Assembly: GCA_050949525.1 (NCBI GenBank)
Contig: JBMNFW010000001.1
Coordinates: 529 to 64,528, forward strand
Source: Patescibacteria group bacterium
Lineage (GTDB): Bacteria; Patescibacteriota; Patescibacteriia; Patescibacteriales; UBA12465
Length of the DNA stretch: 64,000 nt
Direction: 5' to 3'
The notes beneath the pieces are model-generated. The model made no database searches and had not been told where the DNA came from. It saw only the letters and a list, made by a program, of their open reading frames with translations. This document shows positions 63,586 to 64,000 of the stretch, one piece after another. Within the stretch, counting starts at the first letter, position 1. Each line of letters starts with the position of its first letter. The position numbers and the translations under genes are program-made.

Positions 63586-64000
63586 ATGAGACAAGCAACT
63601 CGAGAATTAATTCGAAACATTGATAAAATAAAAAATGAGGCTGATTTAAATGAGTTAAAACGTCGTTTATCAAAAAAATATCAGGTTCCTCTATGGTTGA
63701 ATTCTGATATTTTACAGGATTATTTTTCTTTAGTTCAGGCTAATAAAATTAGTTTAGCTTGGCGAGAAAAATATGAAGATCTTTTTTTATCTCTTTTAAA
63801 AAAACGAGCTATTCGAACTTTATCTGGTATTGCTCCAGTAGCTATTTTAACTAAACCTTATCCTTGTCCTGGTAATTGTGCTTATTGTCCACAAAAAGCT
63901 GATGTTCCGGTTAGTTATTTACCTAATGAACCAGCGGTGATGCGAGCTTTACGTTTAAAGTTTAATCCATATTTACAAACAATTTATCGTTTAAAAGCTT
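63586..64000 (+). CDS. Elp3-like radical SAM protein (tRNA wobble-uridine modification type), N-terminal part; runs off window end
   Basis: Hand translation MRQATRELIRNID...KKRAIRTLSGIAPVAILTKPYPCPGNCAYCP...; not in ORF track (no stop in window). Confidence 0.65.
   Translation, partial: MRQATRELIRNIDKIKNEADLNELKRRLSKKYQVPLWLNSDILQDYFSLVQANKISLAWREKYEDLFLSLLKKRAIRTLSGIAPVAILTKPYPCPGNCAYCPQKADVPVSYLPNEPAVMRALRLKFNPYLQTIYRLKA

Overview
AT-rich, gene-dense bacterial window that looks like a small-genome Patescibacteria/CPR-type organism, judged from motifs only since no searches could be run. Standard code is assumed because TGA works as a stop. Core content: rpsF-ssb-rpsR-efp, lgt, smc, truB, lspA, yidC-yidD-rnpA-rpmH, rplS, dnaA-dnaN with a DnaA-box-like spacer (likely oriC), PBP1A, 11 tRNAs, and many envelope or glycosylation genes. 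No rRNA and no CRISPR. Accessory content: (1) Two near-identical inverted IS copies with TG..CA ends. Each has its own 5-bp target duplication, and one copy is frameshifted in a G-run. They bracket 12 kb. (2) A tandem array of six small secreted two-TM WMTAGGNE proteins (TrbC/VirB2-like pilin type), plus a seventh copy 5 kb away. (3) An accessory island ending at tRNA-His. It carries a large serine recombinase whose stop codon lies inside the tRNA 3' end, a primase-helicase, a sigma-region-4-like 634-aa protein and small phage/plasmid-type ORFs. The most unusual signal is in this island: two 5' leaders with no sequence similarity but the same architecture. Each has a promoter-proximal closing stem and a long interrupted hairpin whose apical loop pairs with the tail right after the stem, followed by a U-tract and then an ATG. 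Their G.U pairs are strand-specific. One precedes the recombinase, the other a divergent DUF4236/TPR operon. Other candidates are an orphan promoter-to-terminator sRNA, a relatively GC-rich structured element with a 22-codon sORF, a 30-bp inverted repeat pair, and three +1 homopolymer frameshifts that may be assembly artefacts. All family names come from motif recognition by eye.
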